From positions 630,001 to 662,000 of the forward strand of contig NC_003551.1 of assembly GCF_000007185.1 (NCBI RefSeq): 32,000 nucleotides of DNA, written 5' to 3'. This document shows positions 19,995 through 28,802 of the stretch, in pieces (the stretch's first letter is position 1; every line of letters begins with the position of its first letter). A program made the position numbers and the translations under genes. The notes under the pieces were generated by a model. That model made no database searches. It was not told where the DNA came from and worked only from the letters and a program-made list of their open reading frames with translations. The DNA comes from Methanopyrus kandleri AV19 (GTDB lineage Archaea > JAADCQ01 > Methanopyri > Methanopyrales > Methanopyraceae).

Positions 19995-20273
19995 CTACTC
20001 GGGCGGATTGGTCACGACCCGGTACACCACGGTCTTACCCGCGGTCGGGCTGTCTCGGACGATTTTAACCAGACTCCCGGGCTTGATCCGCTTGCCGAGT
20101 TTCTCGCTCAGCGCCACGACCACGGGGTCGTTCGTGTGGATCCTCGGCAGGTCGTCCTTCTCCACCCCGAGCTCCTCGAGTATCTTCTCGATCTCCTCCT
20201 CGTCGTCGATGACCTCGTGCTTCGGCACGAGCACGTGGTTCAACACCACGTCCGGATCCAACCGCTCCGCCAT
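19995..20273 (-). CDS. rpoH: DNA-directed RNA polymerase subunit H (Rpb5 C-terminal domain-like)
   Basis: From ATG 20273: MAERLDPDVVLNHVLVPKHEVIDDEEEIEKILEELGVEKDDLPRIHTNDPVVVALSEKLGKRIKPGSLVKIVRDSPTAGKTVVYRVV. The track start is further upstream but the rpoH homology begins here. Confidence 0.95.
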   Translation of the reverse strand: MAERLDPDVVLNHVLVPKHEVIDDEEEIEKILEELGVEKDDLPRIHTNDPVVVALSEKLGKRIKPGSLVKIVRDSPTAGKTVVYRVVTNPPE

Positions 20274-20781
20274 GCCCCTTCCCCCACCCGAAGGGGCACG
20301 TTTCCACGCACAGACCGCAGTCCACACACGAGGCCTCCGAGAACCCCAGGAAGACCTCCCGCACGGCGGCCGCCGGCGGTATTATACAGTCCACCACGGG
20401 ACAGATATCCCAGCACGTTCCGCAGAGCTCGCAGTCCCCCTCCACGACCGCACGGCCCTCTTCCAATCGCAGAGCCTCTACCGGGCAGCGTTCTACGCAC
20501 AGACCGCACCCCGTGCACCGGGACTCCCGGATCCACGGATGTGGCAGGAGGCGCTCCGCGATGCGCTGGACGAAGGCGATGGGGCACAGCAGCGAGGCCA
20601 CATCGGAAGGCAGCCGAGACACCTCGACGTCCTCACACAGCCTACAGGTCGCGCAGAAGGCCTCTACAGGCCCTTTCCGAAGCTCCAGTGAACCAGCGGG
20701 ACACACCGCGGCGCACTCACCGCAGGCTACGCATGCCCGGAACTCCAGGTCCGGCCGGAACTCACGGAAATCCCGATACAA
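20065..20781 (-). CDS. Polyferredoxin-like 4Fe-4S protein; 3' part overlaps rpoH out of frame
   Basis: CVACGECAAVCPAG, FCATCRLC, CTGCGLCVERCPVEA, CELCGTCWDICPVVDC, CVDCGLCVETCPFGW. The recognisable Fe-S part ends about where rpoH begins; about 209 nt overlap rpoH as a low-complexity G/R/E-rich tail. Confidence 0.8.
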   Translation of the reverse strand: MYRDFREFRPDLEFRACVACGECAAVCPAGSLELRKGPVEAFCATCRLCEDVEVSRLPSDVASLLCPIAFVQRIAERLLPHPWIRESRCTGCGLCVERCPVEALRLEEGRAVVEGDCELCGTCWDICPVVDCIIPPAAAVREVFLGFSEASCVDCGLCVETCPFGWGKGHGGAVGSGRGVEPRARAEARGHRRRGGDREDTRGARGGEGRPAEDPHERPRGRGAERETRQADQARESG

Positions 20782-20788
20782 AGTCCGA

Positions 20789-23419
20789 TTACCCGGAGTA
20801 TCGTTCTACTCGGGATTCGCCGGCCCGGTTCTCTATCCTCCAAAGCTCGTCCGCGGCGTCCTCGAGCTCCTCGTCGTGGGTGACGACGATGGCTTGGCGT
20901 ACGCGCCCCTTGCCCAGATCCAGCTCTCTTAAGGCTTGCGCTAATCGCTCCCGGTGTTCCGCGTCCAAGTGCACCGTCGGCTCGTCTAACATTATGAAGG
21001 GGGCGAAGCTCGACCCCACCATGGCGAGCGCCAGGCGCAGCGCCAGCCCGATTATAATTTTTTCCCCACCGCTCATCCGGTCGGCCTCTATGAAATGACC
21101 ACCCGGCACGGAGACCCGTATCACGGCCCCGTCGTCCTCGATCCTCAACGATCCGTACCGGTCCGAGAGATCCTGCAGGATCTTCGAGGCCTCCCGCTCC
21201 ACGGCGGGCAGCACCTTCTCCCTGGCGACGTCACGGGAATATCTGAACACCTCCTTGCAGAGACTGAGCACCTCCACGACCCGCTCCAACCTCTCCTTGC
21301 GCTCCTTCGCCTCCCGGTACTTCCGCACCTGTTTCTTCAACTCTTCTCTGCGTTTTTCCATTCCGTTCAGCCTTCCTTTGACCTCGCTCAGCTTATCCCT
21401 GACCCTCTCGTACTTCTTTTCGACGCTCTCGAGTTCCTCCTCCAGTCGATCCTCGGACCCGTAGCGTTCCCGTAACCCCTCGAGATTACGCTCCACTTGC
21501 TCTAACCTACCCTTAGCATCTTCGAGATCTCGTTCGATCCTCTTCAACTCCTTACGGGCTTCCCGAGCCCTCTTCACCTTCTCCTCCAGGTTGTGATAAC
21601 GTTCGAGCTCCCCCTCCGCCTCTCGGAGCTTCTGCCCTACGTGATCTCGCTCCTCCTCGAGGCGTCGTAGCTCCTCTTCGACGTCTTCCACACCGCTCGG
21701 CGTTCTTCCGATTACTTTCTCGCAACGGTCCAGCGTACGTTCCAGTTCCTTCTCCAGCCGGAGCACGTCCCCGCGCCGACGCTCCAGGTCTCTCAGCAGA
21801 CTCTCCGCCCTCACGGCCAGATCGCGCAGCTCGGGTAACCGATCTTCTTCCACACCCAGCTCGCGCGATAAGTCCGCGAGTTCCTCCTTGAGCTCCTCGA
21901 TCTCCTCCAACTCCCGCTCGAGCTCCTCACGACGCTCCCTAAGACGCCACATCCTTTCCTTGGTACCCTCCAACTCCCTCCTAACCGACTCGAGCCTATC
22001 TTTCAGCTCTCTCCGTTCCTTCCGTAGATCCTCCTCACGCCCTTGAAGACGTTCGAGCTCCTTCTCCGCATCACGCAACAACTTCTCGGCGCGCTCTCGT
22101 GGCAGTTTCCGGAGGCAGACGGGACACTCGCCCTCGGCCTCCCTGAGACTCTCGATGCGTTCCAGGAGCTCCTTCTCTTTGACCCTAATCTCCTTCAGTT
22201 CCCCTTGGATCTCGTCGAGACGCTCTTGGAGCTCCTCGTACTCGCTCTGCAGCGTCTCCTCCCGGTCCCCCAGCTCGCTTAACTCGTCGGAGACTTTCTC
22301 CAGCTTCCTCTTGAGCTCCTCTTCACGCCTCAGGTCACGTAACCGTTCGGAAGCCTCCACGATCTTGTCTTTGAACTCCACCAGACGCTCCGGATCGACC
22401 CCGGCTTCATCCTTCAGCTCCTCGAGCTCCCGCTTCACACCTTCGAGTTCCTCCTCGGCGGACTCCAACCTGTTCCGGAGACTGCGGAGGTCGTCCAGGA
22501 GGTTCCTCAGCTCCTCGATGCGTCTCCGTAGTTCCGCCTCCTCGTTCTCGAGCTCACGTACTTTGGAAGGAACATCACCCAGTCTCTGCAGCTCCCTCTC
22601 GGCTTCCTTTCCTTCTTCGACCAGCTTCCGGAGATCGTCACGACGTCCCTTAAGGCTCTCGATCTTGTTCTCAAGCAGTCGTAGCTCGCCTTCCAGCCTC
22701 TCGAACTCTCTCTTCGCCTCGCGCAGCTCGTTCAGTCGCTCCTTAAGCTCCTCGACCTCGGGCTCCAGCTCCTTCACCTCTCGTTTCAGCTCCTCGAGCT
22801 CCCGCTCGACCCTCTTGAGCTCCTTCTTCGACCCCTTCAGGTCGCGGACGCGCTCGCGGAAGGTCTCGAGCTTGGCTTCCGCCACCCGGAGCAGCTCGTG
22901 TGCCTGCTCGCGGGCCTTCTTGAACTCCGCCAACCCGAGCGTCCTGTCGACGATCCTCTTCCTCTCCTCCCGCGTCGCTTCCACGAGCTTCGCGATCTCA
23001 CCCTGCCTGATGTACACCGCCTCCCGGAACACGTCCCGGTCCACTCCACCCAGCGCGTTCATGACCTCTCGGTCGACGTCCTCGGCCCGCCCCGAGGCCA
23101 CGACCTTCCAACCGTCACCCTCCTCCCTGTACAGTCTCGGGTTCCTCTGCCCACCGCCCCGGTAGAACTCGCGCCGCACCTTGTACTTGTGCCCGTCCGC
23201 GCCCCAGAACACGACTTCCACCACGGCCCTGCGCTCGCCCTCCCTGATCATGTGGTCGTAGCTCCGGAACGTGCGCGGGAAGAGGGCCAGGGTGATGGCC
23301 TCCAGCACGGTGGTCTTACCGGCGCCGTTCGGACCTACGAGTACGTTGATGCCCTCGCGGAACTCGATCTCGGTGCTGCTGTGGGACCTCAGGTTCTCTA
23401 TCTTCACACGCTCTATCAT
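20789..23419 (-). CDS. rad50: DNA double-strand break repair ATPase Rad50
   Basis: From ATG 23419: MIERVKIENLRSHSSTEIEFREGINVLVGPNGAGKTTVLEAI (Walker A), ECPVCLRKL zinc hook between long coiled coils, MSGGEKIIIGLALRLAL signature, FIMLDEPTVHLD Walker B. Confidence 0.97.
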   Translation of the reverse strand: MIERVKIENLRSHSSTEIEFREGINVLVGPNGAGKTTVLEAITLALFPRTFRSYDHMIREGERRAVVEVVFWGADGHKYKVRREFYRGGGQRNPRLYREEGDGWKVVASGRAEDVDREVMNALGGVDRDVFREAVYIRQGEIAKLVEATREERKRIVDRTLGLAEFKKAREQAHELLRVAEAKLETFRERVRDLKGSKKELKRVERELEELKREVKELEPEVEELKERLNELREAKREFERLEGELRLLENKIESLKGRRDDLRKLVEEGKEAERELQRLGDVPSKVRELENEEAELRRRIEELRNLLDDLRSLRNRLESAEEELEGVKRELEELKDEAGVDPERLVEFKDKIVEASERLRDLRREEELKRKLEKVSDELSELGDREETLQSEYEELQERLDEIQGELKEIRVKEKELLERIESLREAEGECPVCLRKLPRERAEKLLRDAEKELERLQGREEDLRKERRELKDRLESVRRELEGTKERMWRLRERREELERELEEIEELKEELADLSRELGVEEDRLPELRDLAVRAESLLRDLERRRGDVLRLEKELERTLDRCEKVIGRTPSGVEDVEEELRRLEEERDHVGQKLREAEGELERYHNLEEKVKRAREARKELKRIERDLEDAKGRLEQVERNLEGLRERYGSEDRLEEELESVEKKYERVRDKLSEVKGRLNGMEKRREELKKQVRKYREAKERKERLERVVEVLSLCKEVFRYSRDVAREKVLPAVEREASKILQDLSDRYGSLRIEDDGAVIRVSVPGGHFIEADRMSGGEKIIIGLALRLALAMVGSSFAPFIMLDEPTVHLDAEHRERLAQALRELDLGKGRVRQAIVVTHDEELEDAADELWRIENRAGESRVERYSG

Positions 23420-23426
23420 TCGACCG

Positions 23427-24776
23427 TCACCCGATCCAGCGATCCAGGGAGGGTCGGCCGGAGGACCCGAGCTTCGATCCCGCACGACTCATCCCTTCGG
23501 ACGACGTCCCACGGCTCTCGACCTTCACCTCCTCCACCTCGAGACCTACCTCCTCTCCATCGGATTCTTCTGGCTCTTCCGAGGACTCCTCCGAACCTTC
23601 CGACGGGGGTTCTCCCGCGACGATACCTTCGACGTCCCCCAGGTCGGGAGGGTTGTCCTCCCGGACGCCCCTCAGGATCTCCAGCGCCACCTCGACCACC
23701 ACATCGTCCGGCACGTCCACGCGGGTCAGGGTCGCGGCCCTGGCCCGCTTCACACCCTCTCGGATTATACCCTCGAGGTCCAGCGGCCCCTCGGTCTCGT
23801 CGCCTTCCTCGACCTCGCGCCTCCGCTCCCGGAGCTCCACCACGCACCGATCGGCCCCGGCCTCGATGGCGACCTTCTCGACCTCCTCCGGGGACGCACC
23901 CGTGTCCTTGGCCACCACCTTCACGATCTGTCCCCGTCTGACCCTTCGACGCAGCTCCTCCTCCCAGCGCTCGCCACTGACCTCCACGACCGAGAGCTCG
24001 CGGCTCCACTCCACCTCGACGAACTCGTACTCGACGAGCCCGCCCCGGTCGAACTCCACGAGGAAGAAACCGCGCCGCTTGTGCGCACCGCGCTCGTCCT
24101 TGACCTCCAGGAACGTCAGCGGCTCGGGACTCCCGGGGTAGGGCGCCGGACTCCCGTGGATCTTCTCCTCACGACTCGGGACGTGGACGTGTCCCATCGC
24201 GTAGTAATCGTGCCCCTCCGGGAAGTACGCGGGTTCCACGATCTCGGACTCGTCGGGGATCGTCCCGGGTAGGGCCTGATGGAAGATCGCCACGTTGACG
24301 TCCGCCTCGGGATCCGGCCTGTACTTGGCCCTGATGACCTTCGCCCTCTCCACGAACGAGTTCTTCGGCAGGTACTGGAGCCCGTGGAACGTCACGCGTA
24401 CGCCGTCGAAGGTGGCCGTGTACCGGTGCCTCTCCGGGCGCCGTTCCGAGTAGTAGAGGTGTCGGACCAATCCCATCCGCTCCAATACGGAGATAGGAGA
24501 AACGGCCCCTTTCCGCCGGCGGATCTCGTGGTTGCCCGCGGTCGCGACGATCTCGACGCCGTCCTCCTTCAGCTCCGAGAGCTTCTCCACGGCCAGGTAT
24601 AGGGCCTCGGTCTTGGGCCGCGCGTGCTCGAAGAGATCGCCGGCGATCACGAGGACGTCCACGGAGCACTCGCGAACCTCCTCCATCAGCCGCTCGAACG
24701 TCTCCATCACGGCCTCCTCTCGGGACCGCAGGTTCATCAGGGCGTGGCCCAGGTGGACGTCCGCCACGTGGGCCAT
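23427..24776 (-). CDS. mre11: DNA double-strand break repair nuclease Mre11
   Basis: MAHVADVHLGH, VIAGDLFEHARP, ATAGNHEI, YAMGHVHVPSREE. ATG 24776 or TTG 24782 preferred to the track start at 24830, which lies deep in herA. Confidence 0.95.
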   Translation of the reverse strand: MAHVADVHLGHALMNLRSREEAVMETFERLMEEVRECSVDVLVIAGDLFEHARPKTEALYLAVEKLSELKEDGVEIVATAGNHEIRRRKGAVSPISVLERMGLVRHLYYSERRPERHRYTATFDGVRVTFHGLQYLPKNSFVERAKVIRAKYRPDPEADVNVAIFHQALPGTIPDESEIVEPAYFPEGHDYYAMGHVHVPSREEKIHGSPAPYPGSPEPLTFLEVKDERGAHKRRGFFLVEFDRGGLVEYEFVEVEWSRELSVVEVSGERWEEELRRRVRRGQIVKVVAKDTGASPEEVEKVAIEAGADRCVVELRERRREVEEGDETEGPLDLEGIIREGVKRARAATLTRVDVPDDVVVEVALEILRGVREDNPPDLGDVEGIVAGEPPSEGSEESSEEPEESDGEEVGLEVEEVKVESRGTSSEGMSRAGSKLGSSGRPSLDRWIG

Positions 24777-24784
24777 CCTCAAGG

Positions 24785-26368
24785 TCAGATCCCCAGGTCC
24801 AGGTCCTCCTCCGCATCGTCCTCCTTCCACCGCTCCACGATCTCGCGGACGTCCGGCGTCTCGCCGCCGTGACGGGTCATCCTGGGTCTGACGTCCACGA
24901 ACGCCGGGATCCGGATCGCGCTACCCGTCACGAACGCCGTGCCGGTGGGCAACCCCTTGATCCGTTCGAGAGCTTCCCTGGTGATCCCCTCACCGCTCTT
25001 CCGGATGTTCTCCAGGTCGTCCGGGTTGGCCGTACGGAGCACGATCATGGTGTTACACTGGGAGAGCACGGTCGTGTCCACGCGGCCCGGCCGCTGACTC
25101 ACGACGCACAGTCCAGCCAGGAACTTCCGTCCCTCCCGCGCGAAGTCTCGGACGACGGAGAGCGCGGTCTTGGAGGAGGACCGCTCCTCACCCGCCGGGG
25201 CGAAGTTGTGGGCCTCCTCCAGGACGACGAACACGGGCGGGATCTCGTCCCGCTGCCGGAGCTCGAACAACCGCCTCAGGAAGTGCGTGACCACGATCTG
25301 CTGCGCCCTGTCCGGGACCCCGCGCAGGTTCAGGACCAGCACGCGACCCGGACGCACGTGCCGCCTCAGGTCCGGCGACTCGGCCATGTCGAAGATCCCG
25401 TACCTGAGCAGCGGGCGCAGGTCCCTCAGGACCGCCCTCGCCGCCTGGTACTGCACCACGTCCCCGCTCGCCCTGGCACGCTTCGCCTGTGCGTCGAGCT
25501 CCTCGACCACGTCCTCGAGCGAGTACTTCTCGCCTGTCTCCCGGTACCTGCGCTGCAGCTCTTTCACGACCTCCTCCAGCACCTGCGGCGCCGCCTTTCG
25601 CTTCGACAGCTCCGGGGCCAACACCTCGAAGTCGTCCACCTCGAGCTTGGTCGTGTCGATCGTGATCGGGTAATCCTTCACGCCCTCCGAGTGCGGGGGC
25701 GCGAAGACCTCGACGTCGTCCAGCCCCTCCGGCTCCAGCCCCCACCGCTCCAGTCGCTCCCGGTCGTGCGAGGGCTCGCGCAGGCTGGTGTACTCCCCGT
25801 GTGGATCGATCACCACGACCGGGATGTCGTGTCGGGCCATCTCCTCGATCAACACGCCCACGGTGTAGCTCTTACCGCTACCCGTCATCCCGAGCACGGC
25901 GCAGTGGAGCGTGATCAGCTCGTTCAGGCCCAGGAACACCCGCGCCCGGGAGTCCTTCAGGCGCCCAAGGAACACCTCGCCCTTCGAGAACAGCTCCTCC
26001 AGCTCGGACTCCGGCAGCCGGTAGACTGCGTCCGTGGGCCTCGCGGGCATCCTGGGATCACGGAGCCGCCCGTCCTCGAGCGCCCCCAGCACCTCGACAC
26101 GGGCCACGACAGTCCAGTCCAGCTCGGGCACGGGCCGCCCGCTCACCATCGAGGCCTTGGCGATCTCGCCCTTGATCCCCTCGTGCACGTCCCGACGCAC
26201 GTCCTCCACGCGGCCCAGGAGCTCCCGACCGTCCGAGTCCGGCTCCCGCACGACCACGTAATCTCCCACACCGACGTCCTCCGCGTCCCGGCTCACCACG
26301 AACGTGAACTCACGCACGGACGGGCTCTCGTAGACGTACCCGACGACCTTACGCTCCACCCTCCTCAC
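24785..26368 (-). CDS. herA: HerA-type bipolar DNA helicase/ATPase
   Basis: GMTGSGKSYTVGVLIEEM Walker A, PPVFVVLEEAHNFAP Walker B, VSQRPGRVDTTVLSQCNTMIVLRTANPDDL; N-terminal HAS-barrel-like region. Confidence 0.95.
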   Translation of the reverse strand: MRRVERKVVGYVYESPSVREFTFVVSRDAEDVGVGDYVVVREPDSDGRELLGRVEDVRRDVHEGIKGEIAKASMVSGRPVPELDWTVVARVEVLGALEDGRLRDPRMPARPTDAVYRLPESELEELFSKGEVFLGRLKDSRARVFLGLNELITLHCAVLGMTGSGKSYTVGVLIEEMARHDIPVVVIDPHGEYTSLREPSHDRERLERWGLEPEGLDDVEVFAPPHSEGVKDYPITIDTTKLEVDDFEVLAPELSKRKAAPQVLEEVVKELQRRYRETGEKYSLEDVVEELDAQAKRARASGDVVQYQAARAVLRDLRPLLRYGIFDMAESPDLRRHVRPGRVLVLNLRGVPDRAQQIVVTHFLRRLFELRQRDEIPPVFVVLEEAHNFAPAGEERSSSKTALSVVRDFAREGRKFLAGLCVVSQRPGRVDTTVLSQCNTMIVLRTANPDDLENIRKSGEGITREALERIKGLPTGTAFVTGSAIRIPAFVDVRPRMTRHGGETPDVREIVERWKEDDAEEDLDLGI

Positions 26369-27518
26369 CCCCGTGCCTCAGGTGGATCTCCCGCTCCGCC
26401 TCCGCGCTCGACCTGCGCTTGGGACGTGACTCCCGCCGAAGCCTGCGGAACACCGTGAAGATCACGTCGAACCGCCCGTCCGACGCCAGCTCCGTCAGAA
26501 CCTCCTCCTCTATCCAGTCCACCAGCGACCTACCCACCTTCGCGAACTCGTCGGCCATGACCAGGGGGAGCGGGATCCCGTACCCCCCGTACTCGATCGA
26601 GGTTCCCAGGACGATACCGGCCGCCTCGTCCGGGTCCACGAACTCCGGGATCTCAACCCGAACGGGCGGGGAGTACCTCGTGGTCCGCACGTAGAACGTG
26701 AAGATGGAGTAACCGGTGGCCTCCTCGAACTCGCGCACCACAGGGTAGTCCTCGTCCGGGAGCTCGAACGCGTGCGTGCGCTCGCCGACCTCCAGGACCG
26801 GGCCCCCGTCGAGCTCACGGGAGAGGGCCACGGGATCGTTCGGAAGGGCCTTAAGCGGGAGGTCCTCCCCCAACTCGTCCCGCACGTCCCTGAGCAGGTG
26901 CTTCGCCTTACAGTCCTCCACGATACCCATCACGACGGCGCCCTCCTCCTCACACACCTCCAGCATCGTCCGGCGAGCGTCCAGGATTCGACCCCAGTAA
27001 TCCCGACGGTTCGGGCTGTCCTCGTTCGCACCCTTCAGATCGTGATGTGGCACGATCGGGCCGTCCAGCATCACGACCTCTCCACCGCGCTCCACCGCCC
27101 TGGTCGCTACGTCGGACTCCAGCTTCACGCGCCTCGCCGCCACCCTCATCTGCGGTGTCCTCGTCCTGGAGAGGACGCCGAAGTCCCACGAGGAGAGCAC
27201 GTCCGCCTCCGACCAGGCCGCCGCCCGCGTCACGTAGAGCACGACGCCCTGGTACTCACGCATCCCCTCTCCGCCGTCCACACCGAACGTGACCTCGGGA
27301 TCCGGGTGTTCCGGCTCCACCTCCCGCTTACGCTCCGCCACGACCTCCAGCACGCGGCGTAACACCGGGTTCCTGCCGGGAGAGACCCGCCGGTACACGT
27401 TGATCACGTCCTCCGCCAGCTCCCGCCGACGCCGCGAGATATCCTCCAGCAGCCGGCCGTAATCCCGGCCGCGCCTTACGCGACCACGCTCCAGAAACCG
27501 GTCGAGCTCCCCCGACAA
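26349..27518 (-). CDS. nurA: NurA 5'-3' nuclease
   Basis: FGVDGGEGMREYQGVVLYVTRAAA (NurA VDGS-like acidic motif), VVMLDGPIV, GIVEDCKAKHLLRD, FTFYVRTTRYSPPVRVEIP; overlaps herA start, expected operon context. Confidence 0.9.
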   Translation of the reverse strand: MSGELDRFLERGRVRRGRDYGRLLEDISRRRRELAEDVINVYRRVSPGRNPVLRRVLEVVAERKREVEPEHPDPEVTFGVDGGEGMREYQGVVLYVTRAAAWSEADVLSSWDFGVLSRTRTPQMRVAARRVKLESDVATRAVERGGEVVMLDGPIVPHHDLKGANEDSPNRRDYWGRILDARRTMLEVCEEEGAVVMGIVEDCKAKHLLRDVRDELGEDLPLKALPNDPVALSRELDGGPVLEVGERTHAFELPDEDYPVVREFEEATGYSIFTFYVRTTRYSPPVRVEIPEFVDPDEAAGIVLGTSIEYGGYGIPLPLVMADEFAKVGRSLVDWIEEEVLTELASDGRFDVIFTVFRRLRRESRPKRRSSAEAEREIHLRHGGEEGGA

Positions 27519-27606
27519 GGGCGACGTTCTCCCCGTTCACTCCGACGTTTCCCTCCGCCAGGTCGGTGTCGATAACTACCTTGCGGGAGACAAAACGTTA
27601 TGGTTC

Positions 27607-27622
27607 TCGTAACAATTTACGA
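27607..27622. repeat. Inverted repeat TCGTAA-CAAT-TTACGA
   Basis: Perfect 6-bp arms with 4-nt spacer, just 3' of tRNA-Asp and about 90 nt upstream of nurA. Confidence 0.5.
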
Positions 27623-27625
27623 TTT

Positions 27626-27703
27626 TGGCGCCCCGGCCGGGATTTGAACCCGGGTCCCGGGCTCGACAGGCCCGGATGATAGACCGGGCTACACCGCCGG
27701 GGC
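27626..27703 (-). tRNA. tRNA-Asp (anticodon GTC), 3' CCA encoded
   Basis: GCCCCGG-C8-G9-GTGTAGCCCGGTCTATCAT-C-CGGGC-CTGTCGA-GCCCG-GGTC-CCGGG-TTCAAAT-CCCGG-CCGGGGC-G-CCA. All arms fold; anticodon GTC; G73; encoded CCA at 27626-27628. Confidence 0.96.
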
Positions 27704-27737
27704 TCTCATCCCTCCATACCGTCCCACGTTCCACCCC

Positions 27738-27748
27738 AATTATAAACT
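27738..27748 (-). promoter_or_regulatory. Candidate TATA element for tRNA-Asp
   Basis: Minus-strand AGTTTATAATTG (plus 'caattataaact') roughly 40 nt upstream of the mature tRNA 5' end, the only AT-rich stretch there. Confidence 0.6.
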
Positions 27749-28219
27749 TTACTCCTTAGTCCTCTCCACGACCACCTTGATCGACTCGCCTCCGCTGACT
27801 TCCACCTGATAGTTCGCCCACGACCCCTTCACGGGGTTCGAGATCTCGCTGACCGACTTCGGCCGCCCGTACAGCGCCACGTAAACCTGCAGCAACACGT
27901 TACGCCTCAGCAGATCCACGACGCCCGCGGGATTATCTCCGGAGTACTTGAGCTCGTATTCGATCCTGTCATCGTTCACCTGGCACCTCACCACCGACAG
28001 GTTTCCCGAGATCTCTACCTCCTGATCTCCTACCCGATAGGTGACGCCCACAGCCACCTGCTCCCGGGTCTTCGCGACGGCATCGCTCACAGCCTTCTTC
28101 ACGCAGTACCACTCGTACTCGGGCCCCATGTACCGGCCCGCGATGAACGCCGCAGTCAGCACGATGATGGACAACAGTACGAACTCCACCGACACCTGAC
28201 CGAACGTGCGCGCGCCCAT
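27749..28219 (-). CDS. Class III signal peptide (prepilin-like) protein
   Basis: MGARTFG|QVSVEFVLLSIIVLTAAFIAG: short positive N-terminus, G|QxSxEF cleavage motif, hydrophobic helix; 156 aa. Confidence 0.8.
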   Translation of the reverse strand: MGARTFGQVSVEFVLLSIIVLTAAFIAGRYMGPEYEWYCVKKAVSDAVAKTREQVAVGVTYRVGDQEVEISGNLSVVRCQVNDDRIEYELKYSGDNPAGVVDLLRRNVLLQVYVALYGRPKSVSEISNPVKGSWANYQVEVSGGESIKVVVERTKE

Positions 28220-28226
28220 CGGGGGC

Positions 28227-28802
28227 TCAGCCCCCGGGTGGTATCACGTACAGGCCGAACTCGAACGGCTTGCCCGAGGTCGAAACCCACCATTCGTCAC
28301 CCGGAGGCCACTCCGTCACGGGCGTGGGTACCGGATCGTCCACTGTCCTCGGATCTATCAGGACAACTCCCGGGGTTCTGGGCGGCCACCCGCCGGATGG
28401 CCACCCGACCAGGATCGGTACGCTAGCCGTAACTCCCACCTTCTTCTCAAACCGACCACCGAGCCGCAGGATCACCACGATCTCGCCCGGACCACCGGGC
28501 TCACCCTTCACCCGGACCTTGAGGTAGTACTCGCTGTTCCCTATTTTTTCCGGCAGGTGTATCTGGTTCGCTGTGCTCTGCCAGTCAGGGAGCCAGCTGA
28601 TCGTACCGGCGATCGCGTTGGCGACGTAGTTCGCGATGTACCGGGCCTCGATCAACGCCATCACGTCCGACACTCCGAGGAACGTGCCCACCACCGAGTA
28701 CGTGAAGTACGCACTGAGGACCAACATGATGAGGAGCAACGCCGCGAACTCTATCGTGACCTGGCCACTAGGCGTTGCGGAGAACCAGCTTCGGACCCTC
28801 AA
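28227..28802 (-). CDS. Class III signal peptide (prepilin-like) protein
   Basis: MRVRSWFSATPSG|QVTIEFAALLLIMLVLSAYFTYSVVG; G|QxTxEF motif followed by hydrophobic helix; 191 aa. Confidence 0.8.
   Translation of the reverse strand: MRVRSWFSATPSGQVTIEFAALLLIMLVLSAYFTYSVVGTFLGVSDVMALIEARYIANYVANAIAGTISWLPDWQSTANQIHLPEKIGNSEYYLKVRVKGEPGGPGEIVVILRLGGRFEKKVGVTASVPILVGWPSGGWPPRTPGVVLIDPRTVDDPVPTPVTEWPPGDEWWVSTSGKPFEFGLYVIPPGG

Noticed and set aside
20136-21098. 320-aa plus-strand ORF across rpoH/Fe-S/rad50 end
   Set aside because: Pro/Arg-rich with no domain and opposite three supported genes.
20789-23419. Repetitive gag/ctc-rich DNA in rad50 as a possible tandem repeat or array
   Set aside because: Explained by Glu/Leu/Arg-rich coiled-coil heptads of Rad50; no fixed-length repeat unit and no spacer pattern.
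22155-26458. Plus-strand ORFs of 336, 347, 333 and 529 aa over rad50/mre11/herA
   Set aside because: Ser/Arg- or Leu/His-rich antisense products. The underlying minus-strand proteins have complete motifs.
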